DNA from: an uncultured delta proteobacterium | GTDB taxonomy: Bacteria; Desulfobacterota; RBG-13-43-22 | Length of the DNA: 64,000 nt | Assembly: GCA_963843145.1 (NCBI GenBank) | Contig: CAWJJC010000010.1 | Coordinates: 96,001 to 160,000 of the forward strand | Direction of reading: 5' to 3' | Shown: positions 1 to 10,616 of the stretch, in pieces | Position numbering within the stretch: the stretch's first letter is position 1 | How the letters are laid out: every line of letters starts with the position of its first letter | Position numbers and translations under genes: made by a program | Notes under the pieces: generated by a model | The model's input: only the letters and a program-made list of their open reading frames with translations | The model's database searches: none | What the model was told of the DNA's origin: nothing

Positions 1-1017
1 GTTGACCTGAGGCAGCGTGGGGTCCTTGGCCGCCAGCCGGCGACCCTGGGGCCGTTCCCGGGCGTATTGCAGCGAGGCATAGTAGGCCGCCGAGGCGATG
101 GCCGTAGCGCTCATCCCCACGTCGATCCGGGCTTCGTTCATCATCTGGAACATGTAGGCCAGGCCTTTGTGGGGTTCGCCTACCAGGTAGCCGCGGCAGT
201 CATTGTTCTCCCCCAGGCTCAACTGGCAGATGGGCGATCCCCGGTAGCCCAGCTTATGGAAGCTGCCGGCCACCTGGATGTCGTTGCGCGCCAAAGAGCC
301 GTCTGCTTCGGGGCGAAACTTAGGCACCACGAACAGGGAGATCCCCTTGACCCCCGGCGGGGCCCCCTTGATCCGGGCCAGCAACAGGTTGACGATATTG
401 TCCACCCCGTCATGGTCGCTGGCCGAAATGAAGATTTTCTGGCCCCGCAGCAGATAATAGTCCTGATCGGTGGGTTCGGCCAGGGTGCTGAGGTCGGACA
501 GGGAGCTGCCGGCCTGGGGTTCGGTCAGGGCCATGGTGCCCTGCCACTCGCCGGCGTACATCCGGGGAATGTAGGTTTCCTTAAGCGTCTGGGAACCGAA
601 GGACTCGATCAGATGGGCCGCCCCGGCGGTCAACAGGGGGTAGACGCTGGCCGAGTAATTGGCGGCCGAAAGAATAAAACGGACCACGGCCCCGATCAAG
701 AGGGGCAGTTGCTGGCCGCCGTATTCGTAGGGGGCCAGTGCGGAGATCCAGCCGCCCTCCCCGCAGGTCCGCATCCACTCCCGGACCATGGGATGGACTT
801 TGACCTCCCCGTCGATGAATCGGGGGGGATTTTGATCCATCTCCCGGAGCAGCGGCTGCAGGATGTCCCGTCCCAGTTTGAGGGCCGTATCCAGGACCAG
901 ATCGAAGATTTCCCGGCCGTGTTCGGCGTAGGTATCATATTGGGTCAAGGCTTCGGCATCGAAGACCTCGTAGAGCATGAACTTTACATTTCGTTCGCTG
1001 ATGAATTTCTCGGCCAC
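1..1017 (-). CDS. acyl-CoA dehydrogenase (long, ~600-aa type), runs off the window start
   Basis: Not in the ORF track because it is open at the edge. Manual translation from GTG at 1017, behind a GGAGGT RBS, gives [20 protein letters not shown]...[18 protein letters not shown]...ALTEPQAGS...KIFISAG...[10 protein letters not shown]. These are ACAD motifs, paralogous to 34731..36515. Confidence 0.9.
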   Translation of the reverse strand, partial: MAEKFISERNVKFMLYEVFDAEALTQYDTYAEHGREIFDLVLDTALKLGRDILQPLLREMDQNPPRFIDGEVKVHPMVREWMRTCGEGGWISALAPYEYGGQQLPLLIGAVVRFILSAANYSASVYPLLTAGAAHLIESFGSQTLKETYIPRMYAGEWQGTMALTEPQAGSSLSDLSTLAEPTDQDYYLLRGQKIFISASDHDGVDNIVNLLLARIKGAPPGVKGISLFVVPKFRPEADGSLARNDIQVAGSFHKLGYRGSPICQLSLGENNDCRGYLVGEPHKGLAYMFQMMNEARIDVGMSATAIASAAYYASLQYARERPQGRRLAAKDPTLPQVN

Positions 1018-1181
1018 TCCGAAGACCTCCCTATCGATACAAAGCCCCGGCGTTAAGCGATTCCACGTCCTTTTCCGATAAATTCTTGGGATTAGGGAAG
1101 AACAGCCGGGCTTGCCTCCTTCCGCCTTCTACCGGTCTGGGGAGATCCGACTTCGAGGTCCCGTCCGAATTTGTCAAAAGA

Positions 1182-2830
1182 TTAACCTCCAAGGGTCTTC
1201 CTAATCACTTTTTTATCCAGTTTCCCCACACTGGTTTTGGGAATGGTATCGATAAAAATATAACGATCCGGAACACCATACTTGGGCAATTTCCCTTCAT
1301 CGGCAAATCGCCTCATGAATTGTTTTAAATCTTCTGCAGAGACTTTGTCCCGATATTCCGGTTTAAGGGTGACGACCATCAAAGGCCTTTCACCCCATTT
1401 TGGATCCGGAACCCCAATGGCCGCCGATTCCAGGACGGCTTCATGCCCACTGAGCATGTTTTCCAAATCCAAGGAAGAAACCCATTCTCCGCCGGTCTTG
1501 ATTACATCTTTGATACGATCGGTAATCTGCAGATACCCGTCCGGATCAATAAAACCCACGTCACCGCTGTGCAGCCAGCCGCTTCGCCACAGATCTGCCG
1601 TCTTATCCGGGGCCTTAAAATAGCCTTGGGTCAGCCAGGGGGATCGCATCACCACTTCACCTTTGGATACACCATCATGGGGCAAGATTCGGTCGTCCGG
1701 ATCCACCACTTCAATCTCCGCCAAAGGAATGGGCCTACCGGTTTTGATGACCGTGTCTAACAAATCATCCTTAGAGCATTCCAACTGGTCTTCCGGCACA
1801 GAGGCTACGGTCATGACCGGGCAGGTTTCAGACATCCCATAACCAGCCTCAATCTCAATACCGCGCTCTTGGGCTTCTTTAGCCAGTCCTCGCGGTAATC
1901 GGGCCCCGCCGATAAGCACTTTCCAGTGCGACAAATCCACCTCGTTTATGGCCGGACTATTTAACAACATTTGCAGAATCGTGGGCACACAGTGGGAAAG
2001 GGTTACCTTTTCCCGTTGAATCAGCCGCAACAGCTTTTCCGGCTCATATGGACCCGGATAAACCTGCTTGGCCCCAAGCAAGGTGGCCACGTAAGGAAAA
2101 CCCCAAGCATGAACATGAAACATAGGGGTCAGGGGCATATAAACGTCATTGGATCTAAACCGGCCTAACGTATGATAACTTCCCTTTAATACCGCTACGG
2201 AAAAGGTATGCAGCACCAATTGTCGATGGGTAAAGTATACCCCTTTGGGATGGCCGGTTGTCCCGGTGGTATAGAACGTGGTGGCTTTGGTATTTTCATC
2301 CAGGTCGGCAAAAGGATAAAGGGCATCTTCCGCTTGAACCAACTGCTCATATTCTGCGTCGGCTTTCAATATTTCGTCTCGGTCCGGCTTTCATCCTCCA
2401 CAATAACCACCAAGGTCTTGACCGAGATAAGATCCTTCCATAATTTTTCCAGGATGGGTAGAAAGGCTGTATTGGTGATGATCATTTTGGCTTCGGCGTG
2501 ATTAAGCGTGTACAATATTTGCTCAACCGACAAACGCCAATTGACCGTTTGGAGCACCGCCCCCATCATAGGGACAGCAAAGAAACATTCCAGGTAGCGA
2601 GGACTGTCATAATCCAAAACCGCCACCGTATCACCCATCTTGATGCCCAGGCGGTTGAGTCCGTTGGCCAACCGGTGGATGCGATCATGGAGTGTTTTGT
2701 AGTTATATCGACTTTTATCGGCATAGACAATTTCTCGATCCGGAGAATAGATCAACGGGGTATTCAGCAGTTTTTTGATAATTAACGGATACTGATAATA
2801 TTCTCCGGGATGATAGTTCTTAGCGGTCAT
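1182..2830 (-). CDS. fatty-acid--CoA ligase (AlkK/DmdB-like), split by one frameshift near 2370-2385
   Basis: ORFs 2366..2860 (N-part) and 1182..2369 (C-part) join into one AMP-binding enzyme with YTTGTTGHPKG, GYGMSET, WLHSGD and PKTSVGK. Start taken at ATG 2830. Confidence 0.88.
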
Positions 2831-2844
2831 AAAAAACCCTCCCT

Positions 2845-3541
2845 TTATACTTCCAGCCATTCTTTTCGAATGGAAAGATCGTTTTTTAAATCTTCCGGCG
2901 TGCCTTCAAAAACAATCCGCCCATGGCCCATGATGTACAGGCGCTTGGAGATCTTCAAGGCGATACTCAACTTCTGCTCCACCAGGAGCACCGCGATTTC
3001 CCGCTGGGCAATTTGTTCGATCAATTGGCCCATGATTTCAACCAGCATGGGGGCTAAACCCTCGGTGGGCTCGTCGATCATGATAAAATCCGGATCTCCC
3101 ATCAGTGTCGCGGCAGATGGTCAGCATCTGCTTTTCGCCGCCGGAAATCAACCCGCCGGCCACGTTGTGGCGTTCACGGAGGTTGGGAAACATTTCAAAC
3201 ACCTGGTCAATGGTCCAGCGGCCTTTTTGTTTTCGGCTCTTCAAACCCAACTGAAGATTCTGCAGCACCGTCAGGTCGGGAAAAATCCAGCGGTCCTCGG
3301 GGACAAATCCGATTCCTTTGCGGGCGATGATGTGCGGCCTAAGCCCGATGATCTCCTGATCCTGGTAGAGGATCGATCCCTGGGCCGGAACGAGCCCCAT
3401 GATCGATTTGCAGGTGGTGGAACGCCCGACGCCGTTGCGGCCCAGCAAACCGACGATCTCCCCTTTTCCGACCTGCAGGCACACCCCTTGAAGTATGTGG
3501 CTGCGGCCGTAATAGGCGTGCAGGTCATTTATCTCCAGCAT
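2845..3541 (-). CDS. livF: LIV-type ABC transporter ATP-binding subunit, frameshifted near 3108
   Basis: Walker A GRNGVGRST and signature ISGGEKQML in 3038..3541; Walker B IMIDEP and LVEQ in 2845..3102. Confidence 0.88.
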
Positions 3542-4297
3542 TTAGGCCAGCTCCTTTCCCAGATAGGCTTCCTGAACCCGGGCGTTGCTGCGAATGTTAG
3601 CGGGGGTATCCGTGGCCATCAGCTCCCCATAGACCAGCACGGAAATGCGATCAGCCAGGTCAAAAACGACGCTCATGTCGTGCTCGACCATGATCAGTGT
3701 CTTGTCGTTCGTAACGCTGCGTATCAATTCGACGGCCCGTTCGGTCTCGCTTTTACTCATCCCGGCCGTCGGCTCGTCCAGCAGGATGACCTCGGCATCT
3801 CCGGCGATGGTGATCCCGATTTCCAGGGCCCGCTGTTCGGCATAGGCCAGCAGACCGGCCGGAATGTCCCTTCGGTCGGCCATGTTTATTTTCTCTAAAA
3901 GCTCCTCGGCTTTTTCATTTACCTTTTTAAGTCGTCCGCAGAGATGCCAGAAGGAATATCGATAGCCCATAGGCCACAGCAGGGCGCAGCGAATATTCTC
4001 GAAAACGCTCATACGGGGGAAAATGTTGGTCACCTGAAAACTTCGGGAAAGGCCGCAGCGATTGATCTGATGGGAGGGCAGGCCGGTGATGTCACGCCCT
4101 TTCAGTTCAATGCGGCCCGAATTGACGGGATAAAAGCCGCTGATCAGATTAAAGAGGGTGGATTTGCCGGCCCCGTTGGGCCCGATGATGGCGTGTCGTT
4201 CCCCACTGAGAACTTCCAGGGTGACTCTGTTGATGATTTTGCTGCTGCCGAAGCTTTTATTAATATCGATCAGTTTGAGGGCGGTGGCGGTCATCAC
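3542..4297 (-). CDS. livG: LIV-type ABC transporter ATP-binding subunit
   Basis: GPNGAGKST, LLDEPTAG, VEHDM and C-terminal VQEAYLG. Confidence 0.92.
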   Translation of the reverse strand: MMTATALKLIDINKSFGSSKIINRVTLEVLSGERHAIIGPNGAGKSTLFNLISGFYPVNSGRIELKGRDITGLPSHQINRCGLSRSFQVTNIFPRMSVFENIRCALLWPMGYRYSFWHLCGRLKKVNEKAEELLEKINMADRRDIPAGLLAYAEQRALEIGITIAGDAEVILLDEPTAGMSKSETERAVELIRSVTNDKTLIMVEHDMSVVFDLADRISVLVYGELMATDTPANIRSNARVQEAYLGKELA

Positions 4298-5574
4298 GAA
4301 GCCCCCTTCTTCATTTCAGAGGATACCTCTTGCCAGCACTGGCTGACCCTCCTAGCCGCCCGGCGAAAAAACAAAAAACCGATAAGGATCAGTCCGATCG
4401 CCACCGCCCAGGGGAGGGGGGACTGGGCACTGAAGCTGATTTTAAACAATTTCATGGGGGCGGTCGGATCGATACTCAGGGAAAGGTGGTAATTGATTTC
4501 AATCAGGATCATGGCCCCGAAGAACAACACCAGGCCCGGCAGGACGGCCCGGACATAAGCAGGAAGGAGCCGCCGCATCAGCCCGGCCTTCCAGACCGGC
4601 TCATGGATCATGATGATGCCGGCCAAACCGTTGGGAGCCCAAATCACCATCCCCATAAAGAGAAGACCGAAATAAAGCAGCCAGGCATGGGTGATATTGG
4701 CCAGAGAGAGCTGCATAAAGGTGACCAGCACGGCGCCCAGAATGGGTCCGAAAAAATGGCCTACCCCCCCGATATAGGTCATCATCAAAACATTGGCGGA
4801 AGGAATTTGTCCGACCGTCTCGGCGGTGACCAGCTCGTAGTTGATGGCATACAGTCCGCCGGCAATACCGGCAAAAAAGGAAGCCAGGGTATACTGCAGA
4901 GTCCGCACCCGATGGGGATCGTAACCGACGAAAGGGGCCCGCTCCGGGTTGTCCCGGACGGCGTTGGCCAAACGTCCCAGGGGTGTCTGGGTCAGCAGAT
5001 ACATGAGGATGGCGCTGGTCATGGTCCAGAAGGCAATCAGATAATAGACCGCGATTTGTCTTCCGAAGTGGATTCCCGTAATAGCCAGGATGGAGGTGCG
5101 GTTCCCGGAAATCCCCTGCTCCCCCCCGAAAAAACTGGGCAGCATCAGGGCGCTGGAGGCGATCAATTCCCCGATGCCCAGGGTAATCAGGGCAAAAGTT
5201 GTCCCGGCCCGCTTGGTGGCCAGCCAGCCGAAGATCAGACCGAAGACAACCGACCCCACTCCCCCGACCAGGGGCATCAGCTCCAGGGGTATGGGCAGAA
5301 CCCCTCCACTGACCAGGTTGAGGACATGGATCGAAATGAACCCGCCCAGCCCATAGAATACCGCATGTCCGAAAGACAACAATCCCCCTTCCCCGAGCAG
5401 CATGTTATAGGAGAGGGCGAAGATGATGGCGATGCCCATCTGGCTGAGCATGGACCGGGAGAAACTGGAGCGGAAGATCAACGGCAGAAGACAGGCCAGG
5501 ATGGCCGCCCCGATCCAAAATCCGTAGCGGCGCCAAAAATAAAGAAACTTCGATTTTTCTTCAATGGGGCTCAT
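4294..5574 (-). CDS. livM: LIV-type ABC transporter permease with C-terminal hydrophobic extension
   Basis: SYNMLLGEGGLLSFGHA, FALITL, AVRDNPERA and GPILGA motifs; polytopic hydrophobic pattern. Confidence 0.9.
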   Translation of the reverse strand: MSPIEEKSKFLYFWRRYGFWIGAAILACLLPLIFRSSFSRSMLSQMGIAIIFALSYNMLLGEGGLLSFGHAVFYGLGGFISIHVLNLVSGGVLPIPLELMPLVGGVGSVVFGLIFGWLATKRAGTTFALITLGIGELIASSALMLPSFFGGEQGISGNRTSILAITGIHFGRQIAVYYLIAFWTMTSAILMYLLTQTPLGRLANAVRDNPERAPFVGYDPHRVRTLQYTLASFFAGIAGGLYAINYELVTAETVGQIPSANVLMMTYIGGVGHFFGPILGAVLVTFMQLSLANITHAWLLYFGLLFMGMVIWAPNGLAGIIMIHEPVWKAGLMRRLLPAYVRAVLPGLVLFFGAMILIEINYHLSLSIDPTAPMKLFKISFSAQSPLPWAVAIGLILIGFLFFRRAARRVSQCWQEVSSEMKKGAS

Positions 5575-6521
5575 GATTCCCTTTTTCCCATCAAGCCTTT
5601 CGGACGGAATATGAGCATCAAGACCATAAACAGATAGGGCAGGATAGGACCGGTATGGGATATCTGGATTCGCAAGAAATCCTTTAACAGACCGTTGGAC
5701 ATAAGATGGATGCCGAAGAAGCCCAATACATCGTTCAACGAAACCTGGATTCCGACCGCGAAGGTTTGAATGGCGCCCAGGAGTAGAGAGGCGACAAAGG
5801 CCCCGGTCAGAGATCCCATACCGCCGACGACAATGACCACAAAAACGATAGGGCCAAGGTGGGTGGCCATGGAAGGTTCGGTGACCAGATAATTGCCACC
5901 GATCACCCCGGCCAGACCGGCCAGGGCCGAACCGCCGCCGAAGACCGCCATAAAGACCCCGGGCACGTTATGGCCCAGGGTGCTGACCCCGTCCGGATGG
6001 GTTAGGGCCGCCTGGATGATCAATCCGATGCGGGTGCGGGTCAGGACCAGAAAAAGGAGGACGAACATGCCCACGGAAATGACCAGCATAAAGGCCCGGT
6101 AGGCTGAAAAATCCGTTCCAAAAACGGTAACCAGGGGAAAATTCAGCCTGGGCGGGATTTGATAGGGCACCGCACTCCGCCCCCAGATGAGATTGACGAG
6201 CTCCTCGATGAGATAGGCCAATCCCACGGTAAACAACAGTTCGGCCGCATGGCCGTACTTGTGAACGGACCTCAGCCCATAGCGCTCCACCACCACCCCC
6301 AGCAGACCAACCAGCAGGGGCGCCACCACCAGCCCGGGCCAGAACCCGACGAAGGCGCTGATCTGAAAGGCAAAGTAGGCCCCCAACATGAAGAAGCTGG
6401 CGTGGGCGAAATTGAGGACCCCCATCATGCCGAAAATCAGAGTAAGCCCGCTGGAAAGCATGAACAACAGCAGTCCATAAAGAAGACTGTTTATGGAGGA
6501 AACGACGATATATTCAAGCAT
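5571..6521 (-). CDS. livH: LIV-type ABC transporter permease
   Basis: GLTLIFGMMGVLNFAH, VVGGMGS and FRPKGLMG motifs. Confidence 0.92.
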   Translation of the reverse strand: MLEYIVVSSINSLLYGLLLFMLSSGLTLIFGMMGVLNFAHASFFMLGAYFAFQISAFVGFWPGLVVAPLLVGLLGVVVERYGLRSVHKYGHAAELLFTVGLAYLIEELVNLIWGRSAVPYQIPPRLNFPLVTVFGTDFSAYRAFMLVISVGMFVLLFLVLTRTRIGLIIQAALTHPDGVSTLGHNVPGVFMAVFGGGSALAGLAGVIGGNYLVTEPSMATHLGPIVFVVIVVGGMGSLTGAFVASLLLGAIQTFAVGIQVSLNDVLGFFGIHLMSNGLLKDFLRIQISHTGPILPYLFMVLMLIFRPKGLMGKRES

Positions 6522-6616
6522 GAGTTTCTATTATCTATTAAAGGATTCCGGCAATCGCGGTTTATACTCTATTTCCTCCCGAAAAAGGCGGCCATGACTC
6601 GCCACGGAAGAGGTCA

Positions 6617-6679
6617 AGGATTCATGGGTCAATGGGGAAGGTGTTGATATCAACACCTTCCCCATGACCCATGAATCCT
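6617..6679. repeat. near-perfect 31-bp palindrome with no loop and one bulged A, downstream of the binding-protein gene
   Basis: aggattcatgggtc(a)atggggaaggtgttgat|atcaacaccttccccatgacccatgaatcct read directly from the sequence. Confidence 0.9.
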
Positions 6680-6701
6680 CGAATCCATATTTTCAAATTA
6701 C

Positions 6702-7976
6702 CTACTTGGCAGGTCTCTTCATTTTACAGGTCGTCGGCATGGCCGTAGCGGCCGCCTCAATACGGGCATCCGTCTTCCAGCCTTCCCCAGAATTTTCAAA
6801 ATCGTATTTGACACCATGGGTACCCACCTTGGTTAGTGTGGAGATGTACAGAGGCTGAATCAACTGATGGTCTTCAGCTCGCATGGTCACCATCCCGTCC
6901 GGGGTTTGATACTGCATCCCTTCCAGGGCAAAGGCCACGGCCTTGGCCTCGGTGCTCTTGGCCTTGTCAATGGCCCTGGCCAACATTTCCATCTCTGTCC
7001 GGATACGGCCATAAGCCCAAGGCATCTTGCCGCCATCGGAGTATTTCTTGTTATAGTCCAGGAAAAATTTGCAGTCCTCCGGTTTTTTCTCCTCCACACA
7101 GAGGTTATTATGCCACTCGGTTACCTGATTGACCAGTTCATCACCAGCGGCCCCAATGGCGGACACTGCCCCACCCAAACCGGCATAAAAAGTGAAGTAT
7201 TTGACATTGAGACCAGCCTCCTTGCTGGCCTTGACCAGAAGAGTCAAGTCATTCCCCCAGTTGCCGGTAATGACCGTATCGGCACCGGAGGCCTTGATCA
7301 TGGCTACGTAGGGGGCGAAATCCTTGACCTTTCCAAGAGGAATCAGGGTGCTGCCTACGATCTGGATGTCCGGACGCTTGGCCTTCAGCATTGCCAGGGA
7401 GGCGTCCCGCACCGAATGACCGAAGACATAGTCTTGGTTGATCAAATAGACTTTTTTGATGTTCTTCTGACTTTTAATATAATCGGTAATGGCAGCGATC
7501 TTCATGTCCACATGGGCATCGAAGCGGAAGTGCCAGAAGCTGCAGCCTTCGTTGGTGAAGGCCGGGGTGATCGCCGCGTAATTAAAGAAGACCACCTGCT
7601 TGTCCGGATTGCGTTCATTATGCTTGTTGATGGCATCGATCAAGGCCCCGGCCACACTGGAACCGTTGCCCTGGGTAATAAAGCGGATTCCCTGATCGAT
7701 GGCGCTATTCAGTTGAACCAGGCTGTCGTTGGCGCTTAATTTGCCATCGAAGCCTATGACCTCAAGTTTCTTTCCGCCCAGAACCCCTCCTCGGGCGTTG
7801 ATCTGTTCGGCCATGTATTTAAAATGTTTAAGTCCGGCATCGCCTATATTGGCAAAGGCCCCGGAAAGGGGGTCGATATAGGCGATTTTAATAGTCTCGG
7901 CCGCCATACCAGACCCGCAAACCATGATGATAAGTCCTAAACCAACCAAAACCGCAACCATTCTTTTTAGTCCCAT
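6702..7976 (-). CDS. LIV-family ABC transporter periplasmic substrate-binding protein
   Basis: Signal peptide, IKIAYIDPLSG, INARGGVLG, ITGNWGND and MRAEDHQLIQP; first gene of the livHMGF operon. Confidence 0.9.
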   Translation of the reverse strand: MGLKRMVAVLVGLGLIIMVCGSGMAAETIKIAYIDPLSGAFANIGDAGLKHFKYMAEQINARGGVLGGKKLEVIGFDGKLSANDSLVQLNSAIDQGIRFITQGNGSSVAGALIDAINKHNERNPDKQVVFFNYAAITPAFTNEGCSFWHFRFDAHVDMKIAAITDYIKSQKNIKKVYLINQDYVFGHSVRDASLAMLKAKRPDIQIVGSTLIPLGKVKDFAPYVAMIKASGADTVITGNWGNDLTLLVKASKEAGLNVKYFTFYAGLGGAVSAIGAAGDELVNQVTEWHNNLCVEEKKPEDCKFFLDYNKKYSDGGKMPWAYGRIRTEMEMLARAIDKAKSTEAKAVAFALEGMQYQTPDGMVTMRAEDHQLIQPLYISTLTKVGTHGVKYDFENSGEGWKTDARIEAAATAMPTTCKMKRPAK

Positions 7977-8068
7977 AATAATCTCCTTTCAGGGGTTAAG
8001 TATTTTCTATTTTTGATAGAATTTTCTCTTCGCTGGAAAAAGTATCATTTATCAAGCCGTCCTTGCCG

Positions 8069-8768
8069 TTAGAGGGGATGCTGGTTAAATTGAATCCTTT
8101 TACCCCGGGGGTTCTCCTTCCCCATGATCAGCAGGCTTTGGATACAACTCATCAGCAGATCAACCGCCTGATCCCTGGGGTAATTCTTCAAACTCCAGCG
8201 TCGCAGGGAAAGGAAGGATAATAAATAGACCACCAGGTTGGCAAAAAAGTACGTATCTTCGATCCGGGCTAAACCCTTCTTGTTGGCTTCATCCAATAAG
8301 TTCTTCAACATGATAATATAGCGGGTTTCCTGTTCCAGAATGGACTGCAACATTTCCTTGCTCAGGGAGCCGGACTCACGATAAAGCAGGGTGATTTCTT
8401 CTTGAAAATTATAGGTTTTCTCCAAGGCATTCCGGATGATAGCGGCTAATTCCCCGGAACGGATACTCGAATTCGTCTTCCTGGATGTCAAAAAGGGTGC
8501 GATACACCTGATGGATCATATCCTGATGCACCAGATAAATATCCTCCTTCGTCCGGATATAATCATACAGGTTTCCCATGCTGAAGGAGGTGGCTTTGGC
8601 AATATCGCGAATGCTGGTCTGGTGATAACCCTTCTCAATAAATATCTTGGTCGCCGCGCTGATTAGTTGCCGTCTTCGGCGTTCGACCAAGCCTGTATTC
8701 TTGATCTGGGTGGAAACCGTGACCGGCCCCCGCGTTGCTGCTCCAACAGTTTTCGCTTTTCCCTTCAT
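8069..8768 (-). CDS. TetR/AcrR family transcriptional regulator, frameshifted near 8465
   Basis: HTH FIEKGYHQTSIRDIAKATSFSMGNLYDYIRTKED in 8409..8807; TetR C-terminal helices (FLSLRRWSLK) in 8069..8491. Confidence 0.85.
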
Positions 8769-8908
8769 CGGGCCTTCCGAGATTTCCGAGCGAATGCTCG
8801 CTATCATACTAATTTAAGGAAATCTGTCAAGGATTTTTTAGCATCCTTTGAATCTCTTTCGGATTTCGATTGCGAAACCATCCACAGGCGAAGTGCATCG
8901 CTTGGAAG

Positions 8909-10510
8909 TTAGCTGGCCCGGCTGAAGTAATCGGGGGATATTCCCGGCCAGGGGTTGTCGACCTGCTCCATCTGAACCAAGTCAGGCTCGGCCAGCCGGG
9001 TGAAATCCGACAGGTCCTTGGCTGCCCAGATCAACCGCTGAAACCGCTGATGGTGGTGGTGAAATCGTTGGTTGGCGTATTCCTTGGCCTGGGTGGTAAA
9101 CAACAGGAAAGGCCAGTCGCTTCCCTCCATGAGAAGGAGTTCCCGGGCCAGTTGGCGCAATATCCGGTTTCCCCGTTCATCCATATCCCGGCCCGATAAA
9201 GTGACTTGTTCCAAAACTTTTTCCAGCTCGCGGCCGCAGCCGTTGATATAAGGCCAGATCCACCCGTGCTCCGGGTTCAGCCAGACGGTGAAGTCGCTGT
9301 TCATCCCCCAGGTGCTCACCCCCAAATTGATCCTGGAAAAGTCTTCCTTTCGTCGATCTACGAAGTCGCCCAGGCTACCCGTCTTTACCTCCTCTTCTCC
9401 GGCCAGGCGGCGGAAGACCCGGTCGATCCAATCCACCCCTTCATGCCACCAGTGGCCGAAGAGCTCGCCGTCATAAGGACTGACGATAAGCGGTCCCTGG
9501 TTGGAGGTTTCTCGCTCCAGCCGGAAGGCCTCCTCCCGGAGCAAGGAGACAAAATGATCGGCCTGGCTTTCCACCCGCTCCCGGGCCATCTCCGGATCAT
9601 AGCGGGCCTTCTCCGGGCCGCCTGTCACCCGGCAATAATGAAGACCGGATTCGGAATCCTTGGCATGAAATTCCAGGTACCAGGGATCGCCCGGGTAGCC
9701 TGTCTCCGCCGACCAGACCTGGCGGCCGGTGGCTTCATTGCGTCCGAAAACCGCCACCCCGGAGGGCAGCCGGTATCCCCGGCCGGTGCCGGGCCGGCTT
9801 TCCTCATACTTGTTTTCCAGGAAGCCGGCCCGGGTCAGCCCGACCCCCTCCACAAAGAAATAGGCCAGACCCTCGTCGGCCAGCCACTGGTCGATTCCCT
9901 TCCGTTCGCGCTTTTCCGCCTCCACCCACTGGGCCGGGCGGTAGGCGCACTCCGGCAGCCAGAAACCCCGCGGTTGCCGGCCAAAATATTTCCGGTACGT
10001 TTCCACCCCGAGGCGGATTTGAGAGAAGACGCTCGAGTCCCGTTCCAAGAGGGGCAGGAAGCCGTGAGTGGCCGCCGAAGTCAGGACCTCGATCACCCCT
10101 TCTTCCTGGAGCCATTTCAGGGTTCCCAAGATATCCCGGTAGAAGTCATGAACGTAGGCCTGAAAATGGCCTTGGAAGCGCTCCCGCCAGTATTCGGCAA
10201 TCCGCCGGTTCTCGGGATTGCCCTGGAATCTGCGGCAATCCTCCTCGGCCCGGCGGATCTTATCTTCCAGGTACTCGATGAACCTTTGGTTCATATAAGG
10301 ATCGGCCAGTTGCTCGGCCAGAATGGGAACCACGCCGATCATAATCCCCGGGCGGAGCCCATCCATCTGAAATCCGCGCAGTACCCGCAGTAGCGGGATA
10401 TAGGTTTCATTCATGGCCTCGAAGAGCCATTCCTCCCCTGCCGGCCAGACCCCGGACTTACGGCAATAGGGTATGTGGCAATGGAGCATTAGGGCAAAAA
10501 GTCCAGGCAT
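8909..10510 (-). CDS. GH57 family 1,4-alpha-glucan branching enzyme (DUF1957 domain)
   Basis: LHCHIPY, EEWLFEA, ATHGFLPL, catalytic GFWLPECAY, PYDGELFGHWW and GSDWPF. Confidence 0.92.
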   Translation of the reverse strand: MPGLFALMLHCHIPYCRKSGVWPAGEEWLFEAMNETYIPLLRVLRGFQMDGLRPGIMIGVVPILAEQLADPYMNQRFIEYLEDKIRRAEEDCRRFQGNPENRRIAEYWRERFQGHFQAYVHDFYRDILGTLKWLQEEGVIEVLTSAATHGFLPLLERDSSVFSQIRLGVETYRKYFGRQPRGFWLPECAYRPAQWVEAEKRERKGIDQWLADEGLAYFFVEGVGLTRAGFLENKYEESRPGTGRGYRLPSGVAVFGRNEATGRQVWSAETGYPGDPWYLEFHAKDSESGLHYCRVTGGPEKARYDPEMARERVESQADHFVSLLREEAFRLERETSNQGPLIVSPYDGELFGHWWHEGVDWIDRVFRRLAGEEEVKTGSLGDFVDRRKEDFSRINLGVSTWGMNSDFTVWLNPEHGWIWPYINGCGRELEKVLEQVTLSGRDMDERGNRILRQLARELLLMEGSDWPFLLFTTQAKEYANQRFHHHHQRFQRLIWAAKDLSDFTRLAEPDLVQMEQVDNPWPGISPDYFSRAS

Positions 10511-10534
10511 ACCTTTTTCCTAACCGATCACTTT

Positions 10535-10612
10535 ACGCATAGCGCAGAGCGTAAAGCGCCAAACGCGCCTTCCGTTTTTTCTTCCCTCTTCCTTCTTCCA
10601 TCTTCCCTCTAC
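10535..10612. repeat. degenerate 7-nt tandem repeats (AGCGCAG-like, then CTTCCHT-like)
   Basis: tacgcat agcgcag agcgtaa agcgcca ... cttccct cttcctt cttccat cttccct. The CTTCCHT unit recurs at about 11917-11945 and 16889-16917. Confidence 0.65.
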
Positions 10613-10616
10613 GCCT

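Noticed and set aside
67-1056. Long antisense or alternative-frame ORFs (e.g. 67..1056, 2810..3898, 4330..5637, 9206..10393, 20491..21810, 27224..28498, 45969..47291, 48949..50334)
   Set aside because: They are shadows of real genes in GC-rich DNA and carry no recognisable motifs.
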